From assembly GCA_951406725.2 (NCBI GenBank), contig OX597827.1, forward strand, positions 54,126,001 through 54,190,000: a DNA stretch of 64,000 nucleotides. Direction: 5' to 3'. The position numbers and the translations under genes are program-made. Below, in pieces: positions 27,368 through 39,387 of the stretch; positions within the stretch are counted from its first letter, which is position 1; the number at the start of each line of letters is the position of its first letter. The notes under the pieces are model-generated. The model did no database searches, was not told the DNA's origin, and was given only the letters and a program-made list of their open reading frames with translations. The DNA comes from Octopus vulgaris. Taxonomy: Eukaryota.

Positions 27368-28052
27368 CATCATCATCATCGACTAACATCCGTTTTTCAT
27401 TCTGGCATGGGTCAGATAGTTTGACTGAGGTCTAGAGAGTCAGTGGCTGCACCAGGCTCCAATCTGATCTGGCAGAGTTTCTACAGCTGGATGCCCTTCC
27501 TAACGCTTACCACTCCAAGAGTGTAGTGGGTGCTTTTTATGTGCCACCGGCACAGCATCCAATAAGGCAGGCCTGGCAACGAACACATTCAGATGGTGCT
27601 TTTTACATGCCATCAGCACAGGAGCCAGTCAGTGGGTACTGGCATCAATCACAATCGGTTGGTGCTTTTTATGTGCCACTGGCACAAGCATAGGAGCCAG
27701 TCTGGCAGACCTGGCATTGACCACGTTTGGATGGTGCTTTTTACGTGCCATTAGCATGGGAGCCAGTCAGGGCACACTGACTTCAGCTACAATATTAGTT
27801 TTACTTGACTTCGCAGGTCTTCTCAATCACAGCATCTCTCCAAAGGTTCCAGTCTCCTGTGAGGTCCAGTGTTCAAGGGTCATGCTTCACCACCTCATCC
27901 CATGTCTTCCTGAGTCTACCTCTTCCACAAGTTCCTTCTACAGTTAGGGAGTGGCACTTCCTCACACACCTGTCTTCATTCATATGTAACACATGGCCAT
28001 ACCAGCACAGTCGCCTCTCTTGCACACTACATTTGATGCTTCTTATGCTCCA
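27368..28052 (-). mobile_element. 5'-truncated RTE-type LINE (ORF end, 3' UTR and (GAT)n tail)
   Basis: RSIKCSVQERRLCWYGHVLHMNEDRCVRKCHSLTVEGTCGRGRLRKTWDEVVKHD carries the RRL.WYGHV.RM and GRGRP.KTW motifs. UTR has four repeat units and ends in (CAT)n on the + strand. Confidence 0.93.
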
Positions 28053-28899
28053 TAGGCGGAGAATTGCCTTCATTGAAAAAATATCTAACCACTGTAGAAG
28101 ATTACCATTAATTCCAGATTTATCATTATCAAATACCATTTTGCTACTATATTCCTACAATCTTCTTTTATTAAACAAATTATTGCAGATTTATATTTCC
28201 TTTGAATGGACAATCCTACTTCACTCTAATTAATATTTGAGCTAATGAGGGCATCTGTACTTAGTTTTTTATCTTATGAGAAATTTTCCTTCAAAGCACA
28301 CTGCCAATTTTTTAAAGGATATGTCTGATAATGTAGCCCTAGATACAATAAAACTAAAACTAACGGGATGGTTATGGCTGGAATACCTTTGATCAGAAGA
28401 CTATCAATTGGCACTGGCTTGGGAATGCTTATCAACAACATCTCAGTATTTCTACTGATTAAACCTTGTAGAATCCAACAGTGCTAGGCTTTTTCATCCT
28501 AGAGTCTAGACTGAATCAATAGTTCATCGCAGGAACATTGTTTTGCTATGGTAGGTTTTTTTCTAACAGATTTTAATCACATCAGCAAAATTATAAAGCT
28601 CTGCCAAATTCAGTTTTATTTGTTCGCCACTTAATCATTTCTTCCATTCATTCATTCAACACGATAATCAGTCCACATTAAACCTTTTACCTCTGCCACT
28701 GCTGTTATCATCTTCTTCATCCTCATCATCAACATCACCACCTCCACCACATTCTTCTTCTTCACACTCCAACATAATTTAGTTGATCATAAACATAATA
28801 TGGTTTTGTAATAAAACTGTTAAGCCTGTATTGAAATTGCCCAAAATGTAGAAGATCAAGTCCATATTATTACCTAGTGTTACCATGGTATAATCAATT

Positions 28900-29640
28900 C
28901 TTATTATGGTTAAACTGGAATAGGATCAGTAACCATGAGTTTTGCAGGTCCTCTGAGACTGGTGAGATCAATATTGTTGATATTCAACTTGAATATCTAC
29001 AGATAAAAGTTGAGCAATGAGGCAATTCCAGAAAATTGCTATTTTGGCTAAAGTCATATGTTGGCCTGATTGGAAGTGATATGTAGTAGTGACTGTCTTT
29101 AAATCACTGAATTTCCAATCTAAATGCCAGAAGTTTATCCTTTATTGTTTTTTTTCTTTATTTACTTCATTAAAAGCAAGTACATTTTTATTTCACTATA
29201 TAACATTTTAAAAATATTGTATAGTAAAAAAAGCTGTTGATGTACAGGAAAAAGTGGAAATGTAACTCAACCTCAATGAGTAGTGGAACCAATAGAATGT
29301 GGATTGGAGATAATCCTCATGGTGCATTCTGCTAAGGAATAGTCTAACAAGAAATTATTATCCAAGAGATAAGAGACAGCTGAAATTTAAAAGGCAACTT
29401 AAGCTATGAGTTTTCATGTTAAATATGACTGAAAGGTTTGCTGATATCAAAGTGAATAACACTTGTTTCAGCAAAATTGTCTAGGGCAAGAGATCACTGG
29501 TCTTTAAGATAGGATGACTCTATGATAACCATACTGGTCACATTCTGTAATAGTTATTTAAAAAAAACTGAATGATGTCTTTGGAAGTTTTCTGGACATT
29601 AGAGAGTGCAATTAATAATGCCTTATTTGGGAGAACTTTC
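28900..29640 (+). mobile_element. Possible very old LINE RT remnant (R1/LOA-like)
   Basis: VFGSFLDI/ESAINN at about 29575-29620 (one frameshift) resembles FLDIEGAFDN. Little other support. Confidence 0.3.
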
Positions 29641-30313
29641 TGGTTAAGTATCACGGACTAATTTTGAACTTTCTTTTTGTCCATCAGTGTTACTAAGACT
29701 CTTTTTATGTAACAAGTGATACTAGTATAAGGCCAGTTAGCAGGTATGTCCAAGTGGTAGTGAAAAACAGAAAATATGTAGGCTTTTGCATTTAATCAAA
29801 GTAAAAGCATTGTTGTTTATAGATGATAAATGTCAACAGAGTAAAATGTAGATATTGCTCACTCACACTGCTTAAAAAATAGTAACTGAGTGGTGTTTCT
29901 ATGCCTGCTGAGTTAACGATATGGTAGCAGAAATGAAAGTGGTGATAACCAGAGTTACCTTTTTCAATGAAAATTTCATAAGATGCTTTCAAGTTACATT
30001 TACTGAAGGGATGAGCTTAAGAAATCAATTCTGTCTTTGGGAGAGACTCTATGATTGGATTATTAATTAGGTATTTACAATGTGTTATATTGCTAGCACT
30101 AATGCCCCTTTGAACTAGCTGTTGCCATATTCTTTGTAATGCCATTCTTTAATTTCTTCCAGATTTCTATTAACTTAACTAAACCCTTGAAGAATGGTTC
30201 CTTTTATTTTATTTTCTGCTGGAATTGGAAGAAGACTTTATTAGTGAATTATCTTCAAAACAAATTCATTTTTAGTGGAAGGGAATTGTGTTGCAGAAAG
30301 GTTTAACTGTTTA

Positions 30314-30531
30314 CAATGTTTCCCAACTGGGGTCCATATAAGATTTTGTTATTAAAATTTATGTTCAATAAATTGTGTATGCTTTTACATTTTTTAAAAT
30401 TCCTATTAATATTTTATTATAGAAATACAGTAAGATGTTTTTGTGTATACATATTGAATGGCTATGGAGATCCACTAGAGTAGAATAGGAACCAAAAGAG
30501 TCCATAGGCAAAACATGTTTGAGAACCACTG
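30314..30531. mobile_element. hAT (Charlie-like) MITE
   Basis: CAATGTTTCCCAAC ... TTTGAGAACCACTG TIRs; body homologous to 40739-40962. Confidence 0.8.
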
Positions 30532-30892
30532 GTTTACGAGTTTTGGTTTTCTTATCATCGAACCAGATAAACTGTATATGTTGCTCTCTCTTTTTTTTTA
30601 TTTTTTATCATGGTATTGTTATTTTTTTGTCATATTGATGTCATCATGTATGGATTTTAGACATCTGGATATTTTTGAGTGAAATATGTTTACCATGGTA
30701 ACAAATTTAAAATATAATTATCATTTACAGAACTGTTCAATGTGTTGTAATGTGGCAAGTGAATCAACAGCTAGCTTTGATTGCCATTTAGGATTGTTTT
30801 CATTTCCTTATGCTTTTAAAGAGAGGCATAAACAAACATTATACAAATTTTGCTCAGTGCATATTTAAAACAACTGAAAAAAACTTGATGTT

Positions 30893-30916
30893 ATAATAAT
30901 AATAATAATAATAATA

Positions 30917-30969
<53 letters not shown>

Positions 30970-30990
30970 TCATCATCATTATTATTATTT
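30893..30990. repeat. (AAT)n/(ATT)n/(CAT)n compound microsatellite
   Basis: Direct reading; the AAT run abuts its reverse-complement ATT run. Confidence 0.95.
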
Positions 30991-31784
30991 TAATTAATTT
31001 CATGTGATATTCTACTGCACTTCCAGGTGCCCATCTGAGTTCCATTAACCCTCCTCCTCCTCATCATCATTTAAATGTCACTATTGAGTTCAAAACAAAA
31101 TTAAACAAATACATTATTCACTAATAATGATAATAACAACAACAACATGGTTGTTCTTTATGAATTTTGAGTGTTTTTTACTTTAATATGACTCATTCTC
31201 AGAAAATAAAGCACAATAAAAATTAATGAATGGCTTCCATAATTTTAATAATGTTGTTACGGAGATTTACTTGCATAGCAAGTGACCTGATCTGAGATTG
31301 TGTGCTGGAATGAAAACAATGAAGTGAATCTAACGGTTTTTGTGTGTTTCTTAAATGGCTTATAAACACCTTCCACGCTGCAATAATGTTGTTGATTTAG
31401 TTATTATTGCAATTTAAATTTAATGTATGTAGGAACATGTATGTTTGTGTGCTTTTGTGTCTCTTCTGCAATGCTGTCATGGTTTAGATATACATATTAG
31501 TGAGGTATTGTTTTACAGCTATATACCCTTCCTTATAGCTGACCCATAACTGTTTCCTGAATGAGGGATTTATTTCTTATTCACCACATCTTTAAAAGCA
31601 CAACTTCTAGAAGATGATTTCTTCAGAGAGGAAATGACAATGCAACTAGTGGCAGATCAGGGATTTTCAAAGAAACATAAACATACATACATAGGCATGC
31701 ATGCATGCATGCACGCACACACACACACACACACACATGCACACAACACACACACACACACACACACACACATAATGGCTTTTT

Positions 31785-31875
31785 GGTCGTTTTTCAGTTT
31801 CCATCTAACAAATTCACACATGAGTCTTTGGTCAGTCTTGGCAATGGCAGAAGACATTTCTACAAGGTACCATAT
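31785..31875 (-). mobile_element. SINE family A fragment
   Basis: TTTCAGTTTCCATCTAACAAATTCACACA..CTTTGGTCAG..GCAGAAGACATT..CAAGGTACCA. Confidence 0.7.
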
Positions 31876-31877
31876 GG

Positions 31878-32040
31878 TTGTGAGTGGCTGTGTAGTAAAT
31901 AGCTTGCTTACCAACCACATGGTTCCGGGTTCAGTCCCATTGTCTGCACCTTGGGCATGTGTTTTCTAATATAGCCTCAGGCCAAAAAAGCCTTGTGAGT
32001 GGATTTGGTAGATGGAAACTGAAAGAAGCCTGTCATATAT
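31878..32040 (+). mobile_element. SINE family A 5' half
   Basis: GAGTGGCTGTGTAGTAAATAGCTTGCTTACCAACCACATGGTTCCGGGTTCAGTCCC...GAAACTGAAAGAAGCCTGTCATATAT. Confidence 0.9.
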
Positions 32041-32435
32041 ATCATCATCATCATCATCATTTAACATCTGCTTTCCATGCTAGCATAGGTTGGAAGGTTT
32101 GACTGGGGACTGGCAAGCCAGTAGGCTGTGCCAGGCTTCAATATTATTTGGCAAGGTTTCTACAGCTGGATGCCCTTCCAAACACCAATCACTCCAAGAG
32201 TGTAGTGGGTGCTTTTTATGTGCCACCAGCACCGCCAGACTGGCTCTTGTGCCAGTGGAACGTAAAAGCACCCACTACACTCTCGGTGTGGTTGGCATTA
32301 GGAAGGCATCCAGCCGTAGAAACTGCCAGATCAGATTTATGCCTGGTGCTGCCATCTGGCTTGCCAGTCCTCAGTCAAGCTGTCCAACCCATGCCAACAT
32401 GGAAAGCGAACGTTAAACGATGATGATGATGATGA
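32041..32435. mobile_element. Palindromic element made of two inverted RTE 3' UTR tails
   Basis: Left arm 32041-32232 starts with (CAT)n; right arm 32249-32435 is its diverged reverse complement ending in (GAT)n; 16-nt spacer. Confidence 0.92.
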
Positions 32436-32845
32436 CATATATATATACGCACATACAAACATAGACTTTATGTATTTGTATATGCATACACACTTATGCA
32501 TTTATAAATATACACATTTATCATTTATATATTTATATATACAAACACACATATGCAGCCATATATAGATGGTTATACAGGTTGCTCTGAGCATTATATA
32601 TTTAAAAAAAAACCTACATGGCAAGAACAAAAATGACAAAGAACACAAAAGTATTCTCAGAATATCAGTACACGTGTTCAACCTGATATATCAAATAAAC
32701 AGGCCATTCAACAAAACACATTAAGAGGGATTATGAGGTATTACCAATGAACATTAAGAAATGAGATAAACTGATAAACAAACTGCCATAGATGTATTGC
32801 TAGATACATACACTTTAAATATTTGATGCATTTTTGATAGTTAAT

Positions 32846-33073
32846 TCTTTTATTCTTTTACTTGTTTCAGTCATCTGACTGTGGCCATGCTGGAATACTG
32901 CTTTTGAGTTGATGAAATCAACCCCAAGATGTATTCTTTGTAAGCATGGTATTTATTCTCTCAGACTCTTAGCCAAACTGCTAAATTACAAGGACATAAA
33001 CACACCGACGTCAGTTGTCAAGTGAGGGTGGTTGGGGGAACAAACACATACACAAAGACACATAAATATATAC

Positions 33074-33113
<40 letters not shown>

Positions 33114-33248
33114 GTCTATGACAAGCTTCTTTTTCAGTTTCTGTTTACCAAATGCATTCACAAGGCTTTGCCCAAGGTACCACACAGTGGAACTGAACCT
33201 GGAACTATGGGGCTGGGAAGCAAGCTTCTTACCACAAAGCCATGCCTG
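32846..33248 (-). mobile_element. SINE family A near full length with internal (TCTA)n
   Basis: TTTTACTTGTTTCAGTCATCTGACTGTGGCCATGCTGGA ... GAACTGAACCTGGAACTATG..CTTACCACAAAGCCATGCCTG. Confidence 0.92.
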
Positions 33249-33254
33249 ATTATT

Positions 33255-33620
33255 TTTTATCTTTTACTTGTTTCAATCAATGGATTGTAGCCATACTGGG
33301 GGTTTTCGAAGGGTTTTTGTCAAACAAATCAACCCAAGTATTAATGTTTTTTGTTGTTTTTTTTTAAGTCTGGTGCTCATTCTGTTGGTATTCTATGCTG
33401 AACTACTAAGTTACAGGGTTATATTCAAATCAGCAGTGGTTGGGGTGACACACACACACACACACACACAAATGATGAGCTTCCAGACAGTTTTCATCTA
33501 CCGAATTCACTCACAAGGCATTAGTTATCCTGGAGCTGTTGTAGAAGATACTTGCAGACGGTGCCACACTATGGGACTGAACCTTAAACCATGCAATTAC
33601 AAAGCATACAGCCATGTCTG
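33255..33620 (-). mobile_element. SINE family A older copy, tandem to the previous one
   Basis: CTTTTACTTGTTTCAATCA ... GTAGAAGATACTTG..GGTGCCACACTATGGGACTGAACC. Confidence 0.85.
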
Positions 33621-33684
33621 ATTAAATAACACTGATGTGTTAGTTGTTCTGCATAACTAAACTTCTCAAATCAGTCTACTTGTT

Positions 33685-33901
33685 TTAACCCTCTAGCATT
33701 GAAACTGGCCACATCCAGCCATAATATTCTATTTGCTTTATGTTCAAACTGGCCAAATACAGACGTTTGCACCTATGCTAAGCAATCCCATAATCCCATA
33801 ATCGAAATCTCAAAGCTATGGCATAATGCATGACTAATTCAAAACAATGTAAGTAAACAAGCATTACATTTGGCAAGCTAATCTGAATGCTTTAGGGTTA
33901 A
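33685..33901 (-). mobile_element. piggyBac-type MITE copy 3
   Basis: TTAA-CCCTCTAGCATT ... AATGCTTTAGGG-TTAA. Confidence 0.88.
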
Positions 33902-34223
33902 TAAAGCACCTTACAATAAGTGATTTAAGTACAATTTCACAATGGTCATTCAAGAATAGAGCAAGTATTTACTGATGAGAATGCAGACATTTGAAACTAT
34001 AGTCCAGCCAATCTCTCTTTCTTTCTGCCCAGTGTGTGACTGTGTAAACATGACAGCAGTTTATGACTATTTGATGTATCTAATTTGAATTAGTTTATTG
34101 GTTTATACAGGCAATGACCCTTAAAAATCTGTGGATCCTCCATAGCTGAGTATGAAAACAAAAACTTCTGATTTGTCAGTAATTTAAACATTTTGATACA
34201 GATGGTTGCTCTGTATTTTTACA

Positions 34224-34225
<2 letters not shown>

Positions 34226-34257
<32 letters not shown>

Positions 34258-34390
34258 TGTCTGTCTGTATGTATGTATGTATGTATGTATGTATGTATGT
34301 ATGTATGTATGTATGTATGTATGTATGTATGTATGTATGTATGTATGTATGTATGTATGCATGCATGCATGCATGCATGCATGTGTGTCT
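34226..34390. repeat. Compound microsatellite (TG)n(TCTG)n(TATG)n(CATG)n
   Basis: Direct reading; explains five ORFs in the track. Confidence 0.95.
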
Positions 34391-37300
34391 GTGTCTATGT
34401 ATGCTTCTGTGTCTATGTATGCTTCTGTGTATGTGTGTATATATACATGTACATATGTACATGTATGTAGTTTTGTTGTCTAAGTGGATTTTGAAGTGAA
34501 AACAGGTTGTGAATCACTTTAACAATACAAGTGTTGGGTTAGTGCTAAGGAGTGGTGTGTAAGAGACTTTTTGTCTTTAAACTAGCAAGCATGGTTTAAT
34601 ATTTCAAGGGGAGAGATCATCCTATGTGATTCACGAAGGCATTTTTTTTGTTTCACTGATGTTTGACTTGCAGATGTTCAATGGTGGTTAAACAGTCTCC
34701 CAGCTGGTTAATGGTATATGATTCCCTTCGAGTGTCATAAACAGTGTTGTTTGCCTATATAGCAGCAGCATAAATAATAGTGAACCACTTGTATGATTCA
34801 GTATTGTATACTTCAGAGGTGAAGATTTTAAGAAACACACCATCCTATTGGTCATCTGCTTAACTTTCAGATACGTTTGTCATGAAGCACATTTGTTGTT
34901 ATGGTGATCAGTGTAAAAATAACAGAGCTCCTACTAGTGCTTTATAGAGATAAGAGATATTATTCTTACTTAAAAAATATGTTACTTTTAAATCTATTGA
35001 TCACATAGATATAACTGTTACTGTTATGTTTAGTTTGTCTGGCATCAGGTTTTAGTTTCAATAATCAGTGATAGTCTTGGACATAGGAATGTTTATAATC
35101 TCCAGATCTGCATTAACATTTCTGCTTTCTACTTGATTTAGCTTGAATAACGAGTTGAACTGTTAGTCATTCATGGTAAACATTGCTGCAGTAGTTCTCA
35201 GTTTAAATATTCCAAGATAAACTATAATAGAGAAATATTATTGTTACTAATCTGTTTCAAAATTTGGTACTGCATTCTCTCTAATACTTCTAGTATAGTA
35301 GTGCCCGTCAGTTTAACTTAAGATCCATTATCTAGAAATAAATATGCTGATACAGAATTATTTTCTATGAAATGGAAGCATCTACCTATGGAGCGTTCAG
35401 AAAATATTTTGGGCCTACAAGGTAACCCCTATGTGGTTACTTCAATAGTGGTTTGATCTCCCTTAATTACATTCTGCTACCTTACATTAAAGTAAAGGCA
35501 CATTAAACAATCTACTTCTGCATGCCCTTAAAAATGGCTGGAATATTTTTCATCAGGGTGAACATAGAGCTAAACAATAACAACAGAGGAATGCATTTAC
35601 AAATGAATTGAAAATTTGAGATATAGGCAAGAAGTCCTTATATTTAAATTAAAATCATTAGTTAAGATGGTTATGAAAAAAAAAAGGAAAAGAAACAACA
35701 GAATATCAATATAGACCCAATTAATACCTATATGTACATTAATTATCTAAATAAATTATATAAGTTTCAGGTGGAATATTTTTTTGATAAGCATATATAA
35801 AAATAACATTTTATTATTTCTTTGGCTCAAGGAATGTTAAGATTATTCAATAAAAAATTACATTAATAATATATTTTGGGATAACGAATACTCTGGTTAT
35901 GGGGAATCCTGTTCCTCTGACTAGCAGGTCCAATATTAAGAGCTGCTAGAGTTTTCACCAACATTACCAATATTGAAATTCTGAATGCAGTCCCTACTGT
36001 TGTGGTACTTCATAAAACTATTGCAAAATAAGCTGTTTAAAGTGCTGGCTAAAGTTCAAACTATTTGAATATTATTTAAAATCAAGTCTTGATATGTAAT
36101 GCTAATATAAAGAAAAAAACCCTAACATTTATACACTATAGACATACGCTCTATTACTGAGCCATTGTACTTGCATTAAATCTACTAAAATTTTGGTTGA
36201 ATTTTAGTGCATGACTAGTATTTTGTTTTAAACCAAATCAATCTTTGTTGGACATGTTATCCTACAACATAGGACTTGGAATATATACATCTCAGTTGGT
36301 AACGATTTACTTAAGATAATGGTTATGCTGCTATGTCAGCAAATTAGGTAATTTGTATAGAAATTTCATTAATAGCTGATGCTAATATAGATATTTCAGA
36401 TATTTTAAAGAACAAAATTTTTATGTTTATCATTAGTTGTCTGCCACTTTCAACTGTTTTTGTTTGTTTGCAAAGTTAATTCTGTTGTTCTCAAACATGG
36501 AAAGGACTGAAATGAAGAAGGACTGGATGTAGCTAGTGTAATCAGAACAGCTAAAGTTCTAAACGTGTTCAAGGGTTATAAGATTTTATTCAGAACTGAT
36601 GCTAGAACTTAATCAAGATACTATTGTTCTACCCTACTAACTTAGCAGCCAAACAGGTATCAAATAAAAAATTGTCAAGATGCCTATTAGTTAATGGTAC
36701 AGATTCTAGTCTTTAGAACCAGACTATTTTGCGTTGTTAACAAAATAAGATATAAGATAAAAGAGAAAATGTCTAAATGTTCAGAGTTTCTACAATTTTT
36801 TTTTTTTTCCACAATTAAAATTTCAACAGTTTTTATCATAATATCACTGTTCCATGACTTAACTTTCCATGATAAGACATAGTTTCTCCTTTATTGTCAC
36901 TTTTACTGTATATGCAGCTTTGTTTTCATTGCATTTTAGGGAAAGTAGGTTATCTGCACTGACATCTCTATTCTAAGATTTCTTCTAATCTTTCTTTTTA
37001 AAAATAAATACATAAAAGCCCTAGTTTTTCTGAAGAAACTTATTATCATCAATTAAAAGTTGTATAAGAACTCTTTATTAAGGAAGAATCTTTATTAAGG
37101 AAGATTTATTAAGAAGCTGTTCTTGTTTTGTTTCTATATTATTGGTACTTATAGAATTTCCTTTTTCTGTTACCATAGTGATCTAGTATCTCACTGAATT
37201 TGCTTTTTCTTTGTTTCATGTTGCTAATTTCTTAAGATTGTACATGATCCTTCTCGTAGTATGCCACAAAACCAAGTTGATAATATATTTTGTGATGTAC

Positions 37301-38109
37301 CTAAAAATCTCACTATCAAAAAATTCATTGTTTCTAAGAGAAAAGCTTCATTGAAGCTTTCTTATTCTCTCTAGATGGATGGTAATGTGGAAAATACAGT
37401 TACCTTTTAAATTTTTGTTTTCTATATTATATTGTTGTATCAAGATGTCTATTTGAAAAGTGTGTACATAAATAAGATGATGTACATTTGAAGAGATTTT
37501 TTATTTGTTTGTTTATTTATATTGCTTGCCTCAGTGTATTATGTTTCTGACTTGAAGAGACACATTTTTGTCATTTTCTAATCTACTTTATCTTATTCTT
37601 TGTTCATGCAGACTTCATACCCCTGTGAATATACACTTTCCAACTTTATTGTTTAGCCCTCTGGTTAATCATGATCGAGCAGACTTAAGGCCCATAAACA
37701 AATTACTTGCATAGCTAGGTACCATCTTGCTCTTAGTGTATCACGACTTCACTTGAGTGCTTGCTTATTGTTGTAAATAGTAACTGGCATCATTTATTGC
37801 ATAGGTAAATGTATGGTTGTCTGAACTGGTTGATTTTTTTTTTCTCCCAACATTCAGTACATTCTAGTAATTGCCACAACTGAAGCAATGTGGATTTAGT
37901 AAGAATATGTCAGTTGCTGTACTTCTTTCCTTATTATCAGTAGTGAGTGTCCCAGTACAGGGAGGTTCTTTTTATCTGCAAGTGCTGCGTATCAATAATG
38001 ATTAATCTGCTCCTTCACTATTTAGAATACCTTTACTCTCTACAGTTAAATCTAATAAACATTTTATGATTATGGAAAGGAGAATGTTATTGCACCGCAT
38101 CATGATGAT

Positions 38110-38520
38110 CTCTTTACTTTTTCTTTACTTGTTTCAGTCATGTGACTGTGGCCATGCCGGAGCACCGCCTTTAGTTGAGCAAATTGCCCACCAGGACTTG
38201 TTCTTTGTCATCCTAGTACTTATTCTATCGGTTCTCTTTTGCCGAACCGCTAAGTTACGGGGACGTAGACACACCAGCATCGGTTGTCAAGCGATGTTGG
38301 GGGGACAAACACAGACACACAAACATATATACACACATACAAATATATATATATATACACGACAGGCTTCTTTCAGTTTCTGTCTACCAAATCCATTCAC
38401 AAGGCTTTGGTTGGCCCGAGGCTATAGTACAAGACACTTGCCCAAGGTGCCACGCAGTGGGACTGAACCCAGAACCATGTAGTTGGTAAGCAAGCTACTT
38501 ACCACACAGCCACTCCTATG
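38110..38520 (-). mobile_element. SINE family A, full length, young
   Basis: Complete head, body and tail with CpGs retained. Flanking direct repeat TGCACC(G/A)CATCATGAT(G/A)ATC at 38091-38110 and 38519-38538. Confidence 0.95.
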
Positions 38521-38887
38521 CACCACATCATGATAATCATCATTTAACATTGTATTCCATGCTGGTCAGGCATATATACTGTATATGTGTGTGTGTATAT
38601 ATATATATAATTGAAAGAAATTGAAGCCAACAAGAAGGAGTATGGTTGGACAGTTATTTTTTAATCACTACAATTGTTTCAATGCAGTGTAATTCTTGAA
38701 GAATATAGCTATTTGATTATACAACCGTTTGTTTGCATAATGAGATCTAGTTGTGTTTCCTCAGGCAATATGCAAGTATTGTCTCCTTTAGTTTAAAATT
38801 CAAGGCCATCCCTTCCATCTGTCTTGGTTTGAATTTAGTAGTAGCTGATAGACACATGCGTGTGCTGCCAGAATGTGTTTAGACAGA

Positions 38888-39080
38888 AGGCCAGCATGTT
38901 TGGGAAGGGGGAAGATGATTACATCAACTACAATACTCAACTGATGCTTATTTTATCAACCCTGAAGGGATGAAATGTAAAGTTGACCTTGGTGGAATTT
39001 GAACTCAGAATGTAAAGATGGATGAAATGCTGTTAAACATTTTGCCTGGTGTGCTAATGATTCTGCCAGCTCGTCACCTT
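38888..39080 (-). mobile_element. SINE family B copy
   Basis: AGGCCAGCA...TTTATCAACCCTGAAGGGATGAAA..GGAATTTGAACTCAGAATG...GCTAATGATTCTGCCAGCTCGTCACCTT. Confidence 0.9.
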
Positions 39081-39351
39081 ATTTTATTTGTTTATTAACT
39101 TTTTGATTGATGAGCTGAATAATACTTATTTCTCTTTGTTCATAGTTGTTGTTGTGATTTAGGTTATCCTTAATTGAGCAGATCTATAGGCAAAGATGTT
39201 CTAGTAATTTTTTCAGGTAAAATGTAAAAGGACACAATAATATAGTACTAGATATTATGTATGATTTCAGGAGGATATGGCTAATATGTCTTGCTGGTCA
39301 AGTGACTATGTAAAAGTTTCCTTGGTTCAACTATAGAAGAAGGTATCCATC

Positions 39352-39387
<36 letters not shown>

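Noticed and set aside
27529-27780. CRISPR-like repeat/spacer look (18-bp core every 66-72 bp)
   Set aside because: The 'spacers' are homologous to each other, the array lies inside a LINE 3' UTR, the context is eukaryotic, and there are no cas genes.
28052-28139. SGINGNLLQWL resembling a LINE RT segment fused to the RTE ORF
   Set aside because: Single short motif in AT-rich flank; insufficient to call a second element.
27805-28233. 142-aa plus-strand ORF
   Set aside because: Antisense shadow of the RTE remnant on the minus strand.
38066-38482. 138-aa ORF and similar ORFs at 33022, 33268, 57771 and 57883
   Set aside because: They lie within SINE A copies and are chance open frames.
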